Shown here: one piece after another, positions 29,054-38,586 of the stretch | How positions within the stretch are numbered: position 1 is the first letter of the stretch | Layout of the letters: every line of letters starts with the position of its first letter | Source: a virus | IMG/VR virus record: IMGVR_UViG_3300024258_000005 | Length of the DNA: 64,000 bases | Reading direction: 5' to 3' (one strand) | Position numbers and translations under genes: made by a program | The notes under the pieces: generated by a model | The model's database searches: none | Told to the model about the DNA's origin: nothing | The model's input: the letters and a program-made list of their open reading frames with translations, nothing else

Positions 29054-29517
29054 TTCGTTTCCTTTATAACATCAGCTGTCTCATTTATAACTCTGATTAA
29101 ACTTTCATTAATTGCTCTGTATGCTCCAGGATCAATTTCATAAATAGTAACAAGTACCATTACAATTACTACCCAAGTAAATAAAACTCGTTTAGCATTT
29201 TCCCATGTTAACATTTCATATAATCTTTGTGTCCATGGTAAGTACTTTTTTCTTTCATTAATCATTTTATTAACAGTTGTTGATTTAATTGTTAATGCTT
29301 TATCTAAAAGAATAAGCATTTGTTTTTTATCTGATTTATTTGTCATATTAAATTCATTATATATTAGTACAAATAATTCATATGTCTCAGGGGATACTTT
29401 TTTTACTTCAAAAAATTTGCCCATAAGATCTTGTTTTTCATCATCAGAATTTTTATAGTTCAGTATATCAATTCTTAATTCTTCTAATTTATTACTTAAT
29501 GTAATATAATCTTCCAT
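29050..29517 (-). CDS. Membrane-anchored hypothetical protein (single C-proximal TM)
   Basis: Hydrophobic VLFTWVVIVMVLVTIY segment, RBS aaggagag, and an ATGA overlap with the response regulator. Confidence 0.7.
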   Translation of the reverse strand: MEDYITLSNKLEELRIDILNYKNSDDEKQDLMGKFFEVKKVSPETYELFVLIYNEFNMTNKSDKKQMLILLDKALTIKSTTVNKMINERKKYLPWTQRLYEMLTWENAKRVLFTWVVIVMVLVTIYEIDPGAYRAINESLIRVINETADVIKETK

Positions 29518-29541
29518 ACTCTCTCCTTTTTATTCTCGTGT

Positions 29542-30468
29542 TTAATTGTTGTCTAAACTATGTGCTTTTGACATATCTTCTATAAATTCATCAAATAATG
29601 GACCTTTACGGTCAGCATCACTATCATAAAATTTATAAACCATATCATTTGATTTATAACTTTGATTTATTGTTGATATGGCATTTTTGCCTCTATCACC
29701 AATTATTTGTTTAAATGGTAAATTGATAGGAGATACTCCCATAATTTTAACTAAGCCTCTAATATTGGTTGTGAATGGTGCAAATATAACTACCCAAACA
29801 GCATTGAAATATGGAACATCTATAAAGTATTTTTTATCAACATTTTCTGGAATGTCTGGTTTAATATAACCTTTCTTTAAAGCATCTATATATTTAAACC
29901 AACTTTCATGGTATCTAAAAATGTGGTTATTATAGTCGTCAATATAATTTATACTAAAATCACCAGCAAAGTGCAACTTACTTGCGTAATTAAGATTTCT
30001 TGATTTACCTGATATACTTTCATATTCAATATTTAATTGAGGAATATCAATATCAGTTGCAAGTTGACCAAAATCCTTTGCTACTTTATTAAAGTGACCT
30101 TTATTAAATGTACTTGTATCATTATTAGTAATATAATCTTTTTCATATGAACTAATAACCTCTGTCTCTGTCTCTGCTGTCGTAGATTTTAAAGTCTGAG
30201 CTGTATTAACCCATGAACCATGAACCATTTGAATATAATAATAACCATTAATATGAGGAGCGAAGCTACTATAATCAATAGTTACTTTCTCATGCATAAT
30301 TTGAATAAGTTTATCATATTTAGGATTAGTAGCATTATGTGCGGTATTAAATTTCTTACTAATTTGTTCTTTATATGTGGTGGAATCTTCTATTCCACTA
30401 ATATCAGATGTTATATCCGATTGAGTTACGGGTGTTGCTGTAGTACTATTAAATTCCGTTAATGGCAT
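29542..30468 (-). CDS. Tail tube-like paralogue (tube initiator/hub, gp48/gp54-like)
   Basis: PHINGYYY...DIDIPQL...GDFSINYIDD..NHIFRYHESW parallels the tube gene at 38.7 kb (PYIKGYFY...EFSIQYKDF...IFRIHRQW). Confidence 0.6.
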   Translation of the reverse strand: MPLTEFNSTTATPVTQSDITSDISGIEDSTTYKEQISKKFNTAHNATNPKYDKLIQIMHEKVTIDYSSFAPHINGYYYIQMVHGSWVNTAQTLKSTTAETETEVISSYEKDYITNNDTSTFNKGHFNKVAKDFGQLATDIDIPQLNIEYESISGKSRNLNYASKLHFAGDFSINYIDDYNNHIFRYHESWFKYIDALKKGYIKPDIPENVDKKYFIDVPYFNAVWVVIFAPFTTNIRGLVKIMGVSPINLPFKQIIGDRGKNAISTINQSYKSNDMVYKFYDSDADRKGPLFDEFIEDMSKAHSLDNN

Positions 30469-30496
30469 TTATTTTTCCTTTTAAATTATTAATTTT

Positions 30497-30556
30497 GAAG
30501 ACTTTATAAATTGAAAAAATTTGAATTTATAAAGTCTTCGAGTCTAAGACTCGAAG
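30497..30556 (-). terminator. Two overlapping hairpins after the 392-aa gene
   Basis: gaagactttataaatt (30497-30512) pairs with aatttataaagtcttc (30524-30539); cttcgagtct-a-agactcgaag (30536-30556) overlaps it. Confidence 0.55.
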
Positions 30557-31722
30557 TTAGCATCTTTACAAAATGCTTGTTTTGCTCGTAGTACTATTAA
30601 TAATAATAGAACCTTTCTAAGTTTTAATCGACTGCTATTGCTACCAGATTTCATAATACCTTTATACATTGTATTTAAAAGAGTATCGACATATTTCTTA
30701 AGCTTAGCAATTTGAACATTATTACCCTTAGCCGAAGTTATCTTAGACACTGTCTGTAATATATGCATACCACATATTTTTGTATCATCAATTTTGATAA
30801 TATTAAACATCAATTCATAAATATTTTTAAGATCATCTTCTGCATCGTCAGAGTTTAAAAACACTTCTGAATCAGTTAGGAACTTATTTGAAATTGAATA
30901 AGGATCTGCTTTAAGATACCTTCTATCGCTTTCGGATATTTTTTGAGGACGATGCATTAGATTCTTTTGTAGTTTGCTAACGGTACTTGCTACCTTAGAA
31001 CTTTCAATTGAATCAACTTCTGTACCCTTAACATCAGATGTTGCTCCGATAACAGATTTATTACCATCAGCATGTGCTTGATAATAATGTTTTTGTATTC
31101 CCATGAATACTTGTTCCATTCTTCCCCATGCTTGCATCAATATAACAACTAAACCTAAAGTAGGATGAGCTGGATCTTTTTGAACATATGGAAAGTATTT
31201 TTCATCTAGAGTTGGTGCAAAGTATTGTGTAATTGCTACAAATGGATTGGGATATTTTTTAAAAGTATGTGACTTACGAAATATACTTTGAATTAAAAAT
31301 TGTGCAATCTCATCTTGACAGCCATTAGGCATGAACTTATATTGTCTACCATTAAACACTTTAACATATATAAGAGCAATCGAAATTGTTCTTAATAAAT
31401 CATCATCTGCTCTTACCCCAATGTAATATACAAGGCTTAAAGTTTGATAATATAAAGAACTATACATTCTTGAATCAGGATGAAATCCAATTTGAGTAAA
31501 ACTACTAAGCATTTGTCTATCGCTTATGCCAAATATCTTTAATAATTTCTTATCAAGTGTATTAGGTGTTCTAAGTGCATTACAAAAACTAGAATGACCC
31601 ATAGAGTCATTGTTTAGTTTTCGAATGATAGCAATTAGTAGATTTTTAATCTCATCATATAGTACTTTATTTTTAAGTATTTTATCTGCAACGAACTCTA
31701 TTTCTTGTGGCATTTTATGCAT
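30544..31722 (-). CDS. Hypothetical protein (392 aa)
   Basis: Long ORF with an RBS; no family recognised. Confidence 0.65.
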   Translation of the reverse strand: MHKMPQEIEFVADKILKNKVLYDEIKNLLIAIIRKLNNDSMGHSSFCNALRTPNTLDKKLLKIFGISDRQMLSSFTQIGFHPDSRMYSSLYYQTLSLVYYIGVRADDDLLRTISIALIYVKVFNGRQYKFMPNGCQDEIAQFLIQSIFRKSHTFKKYPNPFVAITQYFAPTLDEKYFPYVQKDPAHPTLGLVVILMQAWGRMEQVFMGIQKHYYQAHADGNKSVIGATSDVKGTEVDSIESSKVASTVSKLQKNLMHRPQKISESDRRYLKADPYSISNKFLTDSEVFLNSDDAEDDLKNIYELMFNIIKIDDTKICGMHILQTVSKITSAKGNNVQIAKLKKYVDTLLNTMYKGIMKSGSNSSRLKLRKVLLLLIVLRAKQAFCKDANFES

Positions 31723-31736
31723 TTGAGTTCCTTAAA

Positions 31737-32498
31737 TTATCTTAGAGCTTTGGAGATTCCTGCGAAATTTTTAACACCTGAATCCGTAAGACCAGTTGAT
31801 TCTTCGAATAACTTCGGAGCAAGCATAGCTACCATATTAGTAACAGATTCAGTGATTGTATCATCAAGTGCTTTAGCATTCTTAGTAAATACATCAAAAT
31901 ATTCAGCATCTTGAACAGCAATAAAACTAGCAGTTCTTTCTTCTAGTATTTTTGGTAAAGCGATTCTACGCATGTTAGTGAATAAAGTGTTTTCAAATAA
32001 TGCATATTTTAAAAATAATTCATTATTAATTTCTGAACTAAGACCTGATTGAATACTAGCTTCTGTAAGGATTCTAGCTTCTGATTTATAATCAGCCAAT
32101 AGTGTACCTTCAAATAATGGAAGAGCGAAATCTTTATTAACAGAATTTGTAAAGTTCTTAGAGTAAATTTCCATTACTGTACTTTCTGTTAATTCTTGAG
32201 TATCAACTGCTTGACTAATTGTACGAGGCTTCATATTAACTTCGATAAAAATATCTTGTGTTGCTTCTAAAAGAACAGATAATTGTTCGAAGTAAGTGTC
32301 TTTTTCAGACTCTTCCAATACAGAAGTTAATCCCATAAAGAATCTACCGTCGTTTCCTAATTTAGCTTCTAGAGCTGGTTCGTTATAAGTATCAGCACCA
32401 ATAGTAGGTTGTTGAATACTAGCGGACTCTTCTAAAAGTTTCTTTGCGTTTGCACCAGCAGATGCTGCAGCAAACATAAATTGATTGTTATTATACAT
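31737..32498 (-). CDS. Putative prohead core/scaffolding protein
   Basis: Acidic and helical, with about 11 [ILV]-x-E-[S/A/G/E/N] sites (LLEES, VLEES, LLEAT, LTES, LTEAS, ITES, LFEES) like T4 gp21 cleavage sites. Confidence 0.45.
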   Translation of the reverse strand: MYNNNQFMFAAASAGANAKKLLEESASIQQPTIGADTYNEPALEAKLGNDGRFFMGLTSVLEESEKDTYFEQLSVLLEATQDIFIEVNMKPRTISQAVDTQELTESTVMEIYSKNFTNSVNKDFALPLFEGTLLADYKSEARILTEASIQSGLSSEINNELFLKYALFENTLFTNMRRIALPKILEERTASFIAVQDAEYFDVFTKNAKALDDTITESVTNMVAMLAPKLFEESTGLTDSGVKNFAGISKALR

Positions 32499-32513
32499 TT
32501 TATTTCCTATATT

Positions 32514-35369
32514 TTATTTATTTGGGACACAACGAGTGCCTTCTAAGTGATAACCTTGGTTACATTTGATATTACCATGCTGATCTGTACGTCCGCCTGG
32601 GAATGTTAAGTTCGGCTTATGTTGATTACCTTTACCTTTACCTTTACCTTTACCTTTACCTTTACTATGGTAATTGTCTTTATTGTAAGTTCTTGATGCT
32701 GCTTCAAGTTTTCTACTAGGCGCATCATATTCTTTTTCAACTTCATAATCACTAGTATTAAAACTATTAGATACCTTAGTATCTTGATTCTTCTTATTGA
32801 TATCATCAAATTGTTGGTTATAAGATTTTGTTTTTGCTTTATGCTTTTCAATTAATTCACGATGATTAGTTCTTGCTAGTGCATGTTTAGCAGGTTCTTT
32901 ATGCTTATCATGAACATCCATCTGCTTTTGAGCTTTAGCAATTTCAGCAACTATTTTATCTAAATCATCTGAACCACCAGCACCATATTGATTATTAAGT
33001 GCTTCCATTCTTTGTTCTTTACTAACTTTAAACATTTGATCAGATTTCATTAATAACTTATTAGCAGAAAGTTGACATAAGCCTTTCATTTCTGTAAATG
33101 ATATTTTACTAAAGATGCTACTACCAGTAAGAGATAAATAATCAGGTTGTGCTAATATAACATCAGATTTACCAATTATAAATACAGGATTCTCACTTAG
33201 TCCTAATCTCTTTAAAATATATTTCATGATATTTAAATCATTACCTAAAACAGAAGGTGGATAAGCCAATAATCCAGCTAAGTATTTTTGAGTATCAACA
33301 TAATTTAACATTTCATAAAGAGCTGTTAATGTATCTTGATTAAATATATATGTTTTGAAGTTATTTGGTTTCATAACAGTTTTTCTAATAACAACGTTCT
33401 TTTCAGTTCGCATGTTTGCATACTGCTGAGCTTGAATCATAGAGTTATCACCGTATTCTCTACCTATACGCTTAAACATTAAGTATACTTGAGTTTTGAT
33501 GATATTTTCAATATATGTTTCAATATTCTCTTTGTTATTATCTAACCATTGAGCAGCTTGTTGTTCTTTATCATTTTTATGTCTATTCATCATATCAACA
33601 GGTACAGAATTATTAATCATAATTGCTTGTTCCATTACAGAACTATGCATTGATTCATATATTGCAAATTTTAATTGATCAACATTCCAAACAATACCTT
33701 TATCTTGTAACGAACCAAGCATTTTAAATAAGCTGTCTTCACTAAAGTCTTTTCTATCACCTATAGTATCAAATATAATTTGTAAACTTTTCTTTTCATA
33801 AAGAGATACTTCTATACCATGTAGGATAGCAGTGAGTTCGCTTTGAATACCGGCAATATTATAAACTAGTGTAGATTTTCTATTTTGAGCAGCTGCTGCT
33901 GCTATTTCAGCTTCTCTGCTTTCTTGATTGATAAAAATTCTATCTGTTTTAGCATCTTTCAATATTTGATGTTGAGTATTTCTACGAGCAGTAAGTGCTT
34001 GTATTTTCATACTCGCTTCACTGTCTGTTATAGAAGCATCATTCATTAAATTATCGATTTGATTATCCAATGTATGAATTTCTAATGTAGCTTGTTCTAT
34101 ATCTTCAGCATTTGATTGACTAATACCTTTAGTATCAGATTTCGTATTATTAAACATTCCAGTCTGATGAGAAAATTTATCAAATGCTAGATTTAACTTA
34201 TTAACCATATTTAAAAGAAATGCTTCAAAATAATTATTACGTAAACTGTTAATCATTTTATCATAATTAACACTAACATCAATATCTTCACCATCTTTAT
34301 TTTTAAGACGAACTGTATTGTCTTTAATATTATCATCTATATCAACTAGGATACCATCTGTACCTTTATTACCAGCAGTATTAAAATGTATTAAAGAATC
34401 AACCATACTAAGGATCTTATTATAGTCTTGTGTCTTTTGTGCTAAGTATTGACGTTCAATACTAGAACTAACATTTACTTCATTTGGTAATCCTAAATGA
34501 CTATGAGAGTTGCCACTGTTTGTAACTCTAGTTCTAATGTTACTTGAAGTGCCTCTAGTATCATCAAAGAAGTCTGCAATATCTAAATGATTAATTTCAT
34601 TTAGTAAAAAGTTTACATCTTTTATTTGACCAGATTTTCTATCACCACCAAATAACTTATAGAATCTATTTCCAATAGAATCTTTAAGAGCAGAATTTTG
34701 ACGAGTCATACTAATTAAACCTTTATATGACTTATCTCCTGATGATTTTTTATATCCTGCTATCTTGATAAGTTTTACCATAGCAGAAATTGGATCAGTA
34801 TTGTTGTTTTTAGAAAATTCAATAAATTTAGCAACATCACTTCTTATTCTATAAGAATCATCTGCTATACCAACCTCAGATAAAGGAGTTGTTGGATATA
34901 ACATATCTTTTAAGAATAGAAAAGTTAATGAAAGTGCATCATCATATTTAATTTCTTGTAGTATTTCTTTTTGAATTAAATCATTAGTTAAAAGTAAAAA
35001 ATCATAATCATGTGAGCCATTTTTATTTGGATGTTCTATATAAATAGGATAGTTTACTTTATCTTTATAAAAGACATTACCTTCAATAATTTTATTAAAA
35101 TTCTGAAGAGATTTAAATGCTCTTTTCATTGTATTTCTTTTATTTCCTACATCAGTATTAGCGGTGGTAGGGGTACTAACAGGGTTGTTAAAATACTTAG
35201 CAATAACATCAGGTGTAATGTATTGTTGAATATCGTTTGAAGTTTTTTGCATTTGAGTATTCATAGTAATAAGATCCGCATAAGATTTAATACTATAATT
35301 ATCAATACATTGTTTTACATAATCTTCTACTTCCACTACGGGAAATGAACCAAAACGTATTTTCTTCAT
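32514..35369 (-). CDS. Large hypothetical (951 aa), probably an internal head protein; KG repeat and Cys motif at the C-terminus
   Basis: Long ORF with coiled-coil segments, ending in a KG repeat and CNQGYHLEGTRCVP. Confidence 0.6.
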   Translation of the reverse strand: MKKIRFGSFPVVEVEDYVKQCIDNYSIKSYADLITMNTQMQKTSNDIQQYITPDVIAKYFNNPVSTPTTANTDVGNKRNTMKRAFKSLQNFNKIIEGNVFYKDKVNYPIYIEHPNKNGSHDYDFLLLTNDLIQKEILQEIKYDDALSLTFLFLKDMLYPTTPLSEVGIADDSYRIRSDVAKFIEFSKNNNTDPISAMVKLIKIAGYKKSSGDKSYKGLISMTRQNSALKDSIGNRFYKLFGGDRKSGQIKDVNFLLNEINHLDIADFFDDTRGTSSNIRTRVTNSGNSHSHLGLPNEVNVSSSIERQYLAQKTQDYNKILSMVDSLIHFNTAGNKGTDGILVDIDDNIKDNTVRLKNKDGEDIDVSVNYDKMINSLRNNYFEAFLLNMVNKLNLAFDKFSHQTGMFNNTKSDTKGISQSNAEDIEQATLEIHTLDNQIDNLMNDASITDSEASMKIQALTARRNTQHQILKDAKTDRIFINQESREAEIAAAAAQNRKSTLVYNIAGIQSELTAILHGIEVSLYEKKSLQIIFDTIGDRKDFSEDSLFKMLGSLQDKGIVWNVDQLKFAIYESMHSSVMEQAIMINNSVPVDMMNRHKNDKEQQAAQWLDNNKENIETYIENIIKTQVYLMFKRIGREYGDNSMIQAQQYANMRTEKNVVIRKTVMKPNNFKTYIFNQDTLTALYEMLNYVDTQKYLAGLLAYPPSVLGNDLNIMKYILKRLGLSENPVFIIGKSDVILAQPDYLSLTGSSIFSKISFTEMKGLCQLSANKLLMKSDQMFKVSKEQRMEALNNQYGAGGSDDLDKIVAEIAKAQKQMDVHDKHKEPAKHALARTNHRELIEKHKAKTKSYNQQFDDINKKNQDTKVSNSFNTSDYEVEKEYDAPSRKLEAASRTYNKDNYHSKGKGKGKGKGKGNQHKPNLTFPGGRTDQHGNIKCNQGYHLEGTRCVPNK
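32628..32663 (-). repeat. Hexanucleotide microsatellite (aaaggt)n encoding a Lys-Gly run
   Basis: accttt repeated about six times on the + strand. Confidence 0.85.
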
Positions 35370-35384
35370 TTTATTCCTTTTATT

Positions 35385-36059
35385 TTATTTTCCATCACAT
35401 ATACTATTAAATTCACAATGTTTGCAAAAATGATGATTAGCACCAAGTATATTAAATGTTGTTGTTGGGAGAATTATTCTCTCTGTATGTTCTAAAGATT
35501 TTGTAAATTGTATTGTATTTAAATTATGATCAATTCTACCAAGTACGCTATCTATAATATAATTATATTCATAGGGTGCTATAACAAAATCATCTTTAAA
35601 ATATAGCTTATCTGATATATTTATTTGTTCTATATTCAATGCTGATTGGAAGTCAATTTTGAAATCAAATAACATAGCATCGTAATTTCGAGACATATAT
35701 TCATTATACTTATTAAATTTATTTATTTTAGATTCTCTTTGAATCAATTCAAGTTCAGAACTAAATTTCTTTTGGATATTATAATCATTCGGAAGTTCTT
35801 TAAATTGTTCATTAAACATAATATATAAATTACAACCTGAGTAAATATCGATCAAGTTATATGTTTTATCAGATACTGGGTTTTTTTCTGGCGATATAAA
35901 TGTTATATCGCCAGAATCTAAAGAGTTAACAATTGTAGGCTGAAAAGGTTTTTCTGTTGGATTAACATCCTTAGTTATAACCTTATCAACTACCCTTGTT
36001 TTTGCTTTATTGATAAGTTTATCAGGTCGCTTCGGAGCAACCATACCCATCAAATCCAT
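35385..36059 (-). CDS. Cas4/AddB-like Fe-S protein with a degenerate PD-(D/E)XK centre
   Basis: N-terminal IDIYSGCNLY (first Cys), central LGRID and C-terminal FCKHCEFNSIC (CxxC-x5-C) form the four-Cys staple arrangement. Confidence 0.55.
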   Translation of the reverse strand: MDLMGMVAPKRPDKLINKAKTRVVDKVITKDVNPTEKPFQPTIVNSLDSGDITFISPEKNPVSDKTYNLIDIYSGCNLYIMFNEQFKELPNDYNIQKKFSSELELIQRESKINKFNKYNEYMSRNYDAMLFDFKIDFQSALNIEQINISDKLYFKDDFVIAPYEYNYIIDSVLGRIDHNLNTIQFTKSLEHTERIILPTTTFNILGANHHFCKHCEFNSICDGK

Positions 36060-36068
36060 ATCTTATCC

Positions 36069-36350
36069 TTATTTATCGTTCTTAGGTTTATTATCAGGCT
36101 CATTTTTAGGAGCTTTGATTGGTTTGGGAACACTAGGTGCTTTACTTTGATTCTTAGTCCATTCTACTTTAGCACGAGGACCATACTTTCTAGCAATTGC
36201 TACTTTAGCAGCAACAAATAATTTTTTAAAACGTGCAGCTTTCTTTTGTTGAATATCACCAGCATCTTTTGCCATTTTCATAGCTATAACTGCAATAGCA
36301 GCATTCTTTTTAGATTCACGAGTTCTACGAACCATTGAAGTTTGTGTCAT
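36069..36350 (-). CDS. Small basic protein (93 aa), possibly an internal head/DNA-binding protein
   Basis: K/A/R-rich helical ORF with RBS aagga. Confidence 0.6.
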   Translation of the reverse strand: MTQTSMVRRTRESKKNAAIAVIAMKMAKDAGDIQQKKAARFKKLFVAAKVAIARKYGPRAKVEWTKNQSKAPSVPKPIKAPKNEPDNKPKNDK

Positions 36351-36568
36351 TATTTTTCCTTTTCTTTATCTTTGTTTATTTTAGATTTAATATGTGTATG
36401 TTTTAAAAATTCTTTAATAACACCATATAAATAATCATCATAAAAATCAATTATATTTGTTTCTTTAAACTTACATTCAAACTCTAAATCTAATGATGCA
36501 ATGTGATGCTTAACTATACTATAGTCGCTCTCATTTGAGACTACTATGCTTTTTACTATCTTTTTCAT
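36350..36568 (-). CDS. Hypothetical protein (72 aa)
   Basis: ORF whose stop overlaps the next ATG (taatg). Confidence 0.55.
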   Translation of the reverse strand: MKKIVKSIVVSNESDYSIVKHHIASLDLEFECKFKETNIIDFYDDYLYGVIKEFLKHTHIKSKINKDKEKEK

Positions 36569-36573
36569 ATTTT

Positions 36574-37953
36574 TTACTTGTCAGAGAAACCCATTAGCTT
36601 ACGCTTCAGGTTCTTTTCTTCAGGTTTATTATATTTATAATCTTTTCTATCAAATTCATTTCTATTTTCATGAACTGTTTCAATACGTTTTGAATTTTTA
36701 GATAAGTAATCTTCTATTTCACCATCAACAGTGCTTAGTTTTTGTGATAAATAAATTGATGCTTCTCTATCAATATCAAATGTACCTTTCTTTAAATCAC
36801 GAACCATATCATCTAAGAACATACGGTACTTAGTTAAAGTAATTATATTCTCTTTGTTTAACTGATCAGACTCATCTGATACATGTAAGAAACTTAATAG
36901 TTGTTCTGGATTATTGTGAAAACCTTTTTGCATTACACGAATGATTTTTCTGTAATCTTTTGATTGACTAATATTAGCAATCATTAAGAATTTGTACATA
37001 TCAACAAGTTTCTCAGCTAGACACTTACGGTATCTAAGTAATGTATTAAACTCTTCATCTTTCTTATTTGTAGCTTTTTTGAATAAGCTTTCAATAAATA
37101 CGGTAAATACAGAATTGTATTGTGCTTTATAAAAACCTCTAATGAATCCAGCAAAGCCGCTTGGTAGTTCAACATCATCCATAACACCATTCTTCTCAAC
37201 ACATGAAGCAACTATAGTATTGATGCCATCAATTGGTGCTTTCTTATTTTGAGTTCTACTTAAAGAATTAAATAATTTACGAACTTCAGGATTAACATCA
37301 ATATTATCATAATTAAGAATATTGTTATTACTAGCACCTAATGAAGTACCTTTCATTGCTAAAAGACTTTTGGTACCGAATAAAGCTTTACCTAATCCAC
37401 CTAGAAGTCTTTCAGAAGCATCATCAGCAGCTCTAGCATATCTTGCAGGCATTAATAAACTGATACCCATAACAGTTAATGCACCAAATGCAACTAAAGG
37501 AACGGATGGTATAGCCCCTGTAGCTGCAAATATACCACTAGCAGCAGCAGCCATACCTAATCCAATACCTTCTTCAAATTGCTCTAATTCATGATTCGAA
37601 GAACCCTTATACTTAACATTAAATTGCTCAACAGTAGCTTCTAATATAATTTCTTGTGAGAAACTTAAATCACTTGTTGAATTTTCGCGAATTAATGAAT
37701 CATATGTATTTGTGTATAATTCGCTAAGAACTTCATTCTCAATAAAAGCTTTTATTGTCTCATTCTTTTGATACGTTGAATTTTCCATAAAGAATTGTTT
37801 AGAGTATTTACTTTCCATAAATCTTTCATAATTTACTTCTGCATGTTCTGCTATACTAACATCTGAGAAAATAGTATCTGTAGACTCTTCTATCTTTGTA
37901 GATAATTTTCCATAAAGATCAAAAAATAGTTCTTGACTGTGTGATAATTTCAT
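36574..37953 (-). CDS. Putative internal virion/ejection protein with a Gly/Ala-rich hydrophobic segment
   Basis: An acidic N-terminal region with IEES and ILEA-type sites precedes GIGLGMAAAASGIFAATGAIPSVPLVAFGALTVMGISLL. Confidence 0.5.
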   Translation of the reverse strand: MKLSHSQELFFDLYGKLSTKIEESTDTIFSDVSIAEHAEVNYERFMESKYSKQFFMENSTYQKNETIKAFIENEVLSELYTNTYDSLIRENSTSDLSFSQEIILEATVEQFNVKYKGSSNHELEQFEEGIGLGMAAAASGIFAATGAIPSVPLVAFGALTVMGISLLMPARYARAADDASERLLGGLGKALFGTKSLLAMKGTSLGASNNNILNYDNIDVNPEVRKLFNSLSRTQNKKAPIDGINTIVASCVEKNGVMDDVELPSGFAGFIRGFYKAQYNSVFTVFIESLFKKATNKKDEEFNTLLRYRKCLAEKLVDMYKFLMIANISQSKDYRKIIRVMQKGFHNNPEQLLSFLHVSDESDQLNKENIITLTKYRMFLDDMVRDLKKGTFDIDREASIYLSQKLSTVDGEIEDYLSKNSKRIETVHENRNEFDRKDYKYNKPEEKNLKRKLMGFSDK

Positions 37954-37954
37954 A

Positions 37955-38545
37955 TTAATAACCTTCTAATTTTAATTGGTCTTTTACTGAATTAAGTAGT
38001 GCATCATTTGATGGTGTGCCTAGTTCATGTGGAGAACCTTGATTTTCTGAGTTTTGCATCATCTTATGCATCTCGTTCATAATTTTCTCATACCCTTCTT
38101 CATTTTTACTTTCTTCTTTCTTAGAAGAGTTCAATTTGACGAATGCGTTAATTTTGTGATTTTCTATATCAATTGACATCTTGATATATTTTTGAATCAT
38201 ATCTTCATACTTAATAAGCATCTCTTGTACTTGAGCTAGAGTTTCAAATTGAGTAAGAATATAACTAGAGTTAATACCAGCTAATTTATAATTCTTTTCT
38301 TCTGTATATCTTTCAACTAATCTATTACTTCGATCAATCATATCATCTATGATCTTTTCTTTTGATTTTAAAGAAGTAATTTTTATCTCAGCCTCTTCAA
38401 TTTTATTATTTATATAGTTTAGTTGCTTGTTTAAATTACTTCCATAATTTTGTAAAGAGAATGTATCAATTTCATTTTCTTTTGACAATGTATCATGAGT
38501 TACTTTAATATTTGTACTACGAGTTTTGTAGTCTTTCTTTTCCAT
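37955..38545 (-). CDS. Coiled-coil hypothetical protein (196 aa)
   Basis: ORF with RBS aggag and a heptad pattern. Confidence 0.65.
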   Translation of the reverse strand: MEKKDYKTRSTNIKVTHDTLSKENEIDTFSLQNYGSNLNKQLNYINNKIEEAEIKITSLKSKEKIIDDMIDRSNRLVERYTEEKNYKLAGINSSYILTQFETLAQVQEMLIKYEDMIQKYIKMSIDIENHKINAFVKLNSSKKEESKNEEGYEKIMNEMHKMMQNSENQGSPHELGTPSNDALLNSVKDQLKLEGY

Positions 38546-38575
38546 TTTAAATCTCCTAACGGTTCATCTATTTTA

Positions 38576-38586
38576 TTATTTGTTAC
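38576..38586 (-). promoter_or_regulatory. Candidate late promoter GTAACAAATAA
   Basis: Same motif at 41702, 49113, 54356 and 55276, each upstream of a structural gene start. Confidence 0.5.

Noticed and set aside
32606-32851. 81-aa alternative-frame ORF with a VKVKVK repeat
   Set aside because: It is simply another reading of the hexamer microsatellite within the 951-aa gene.
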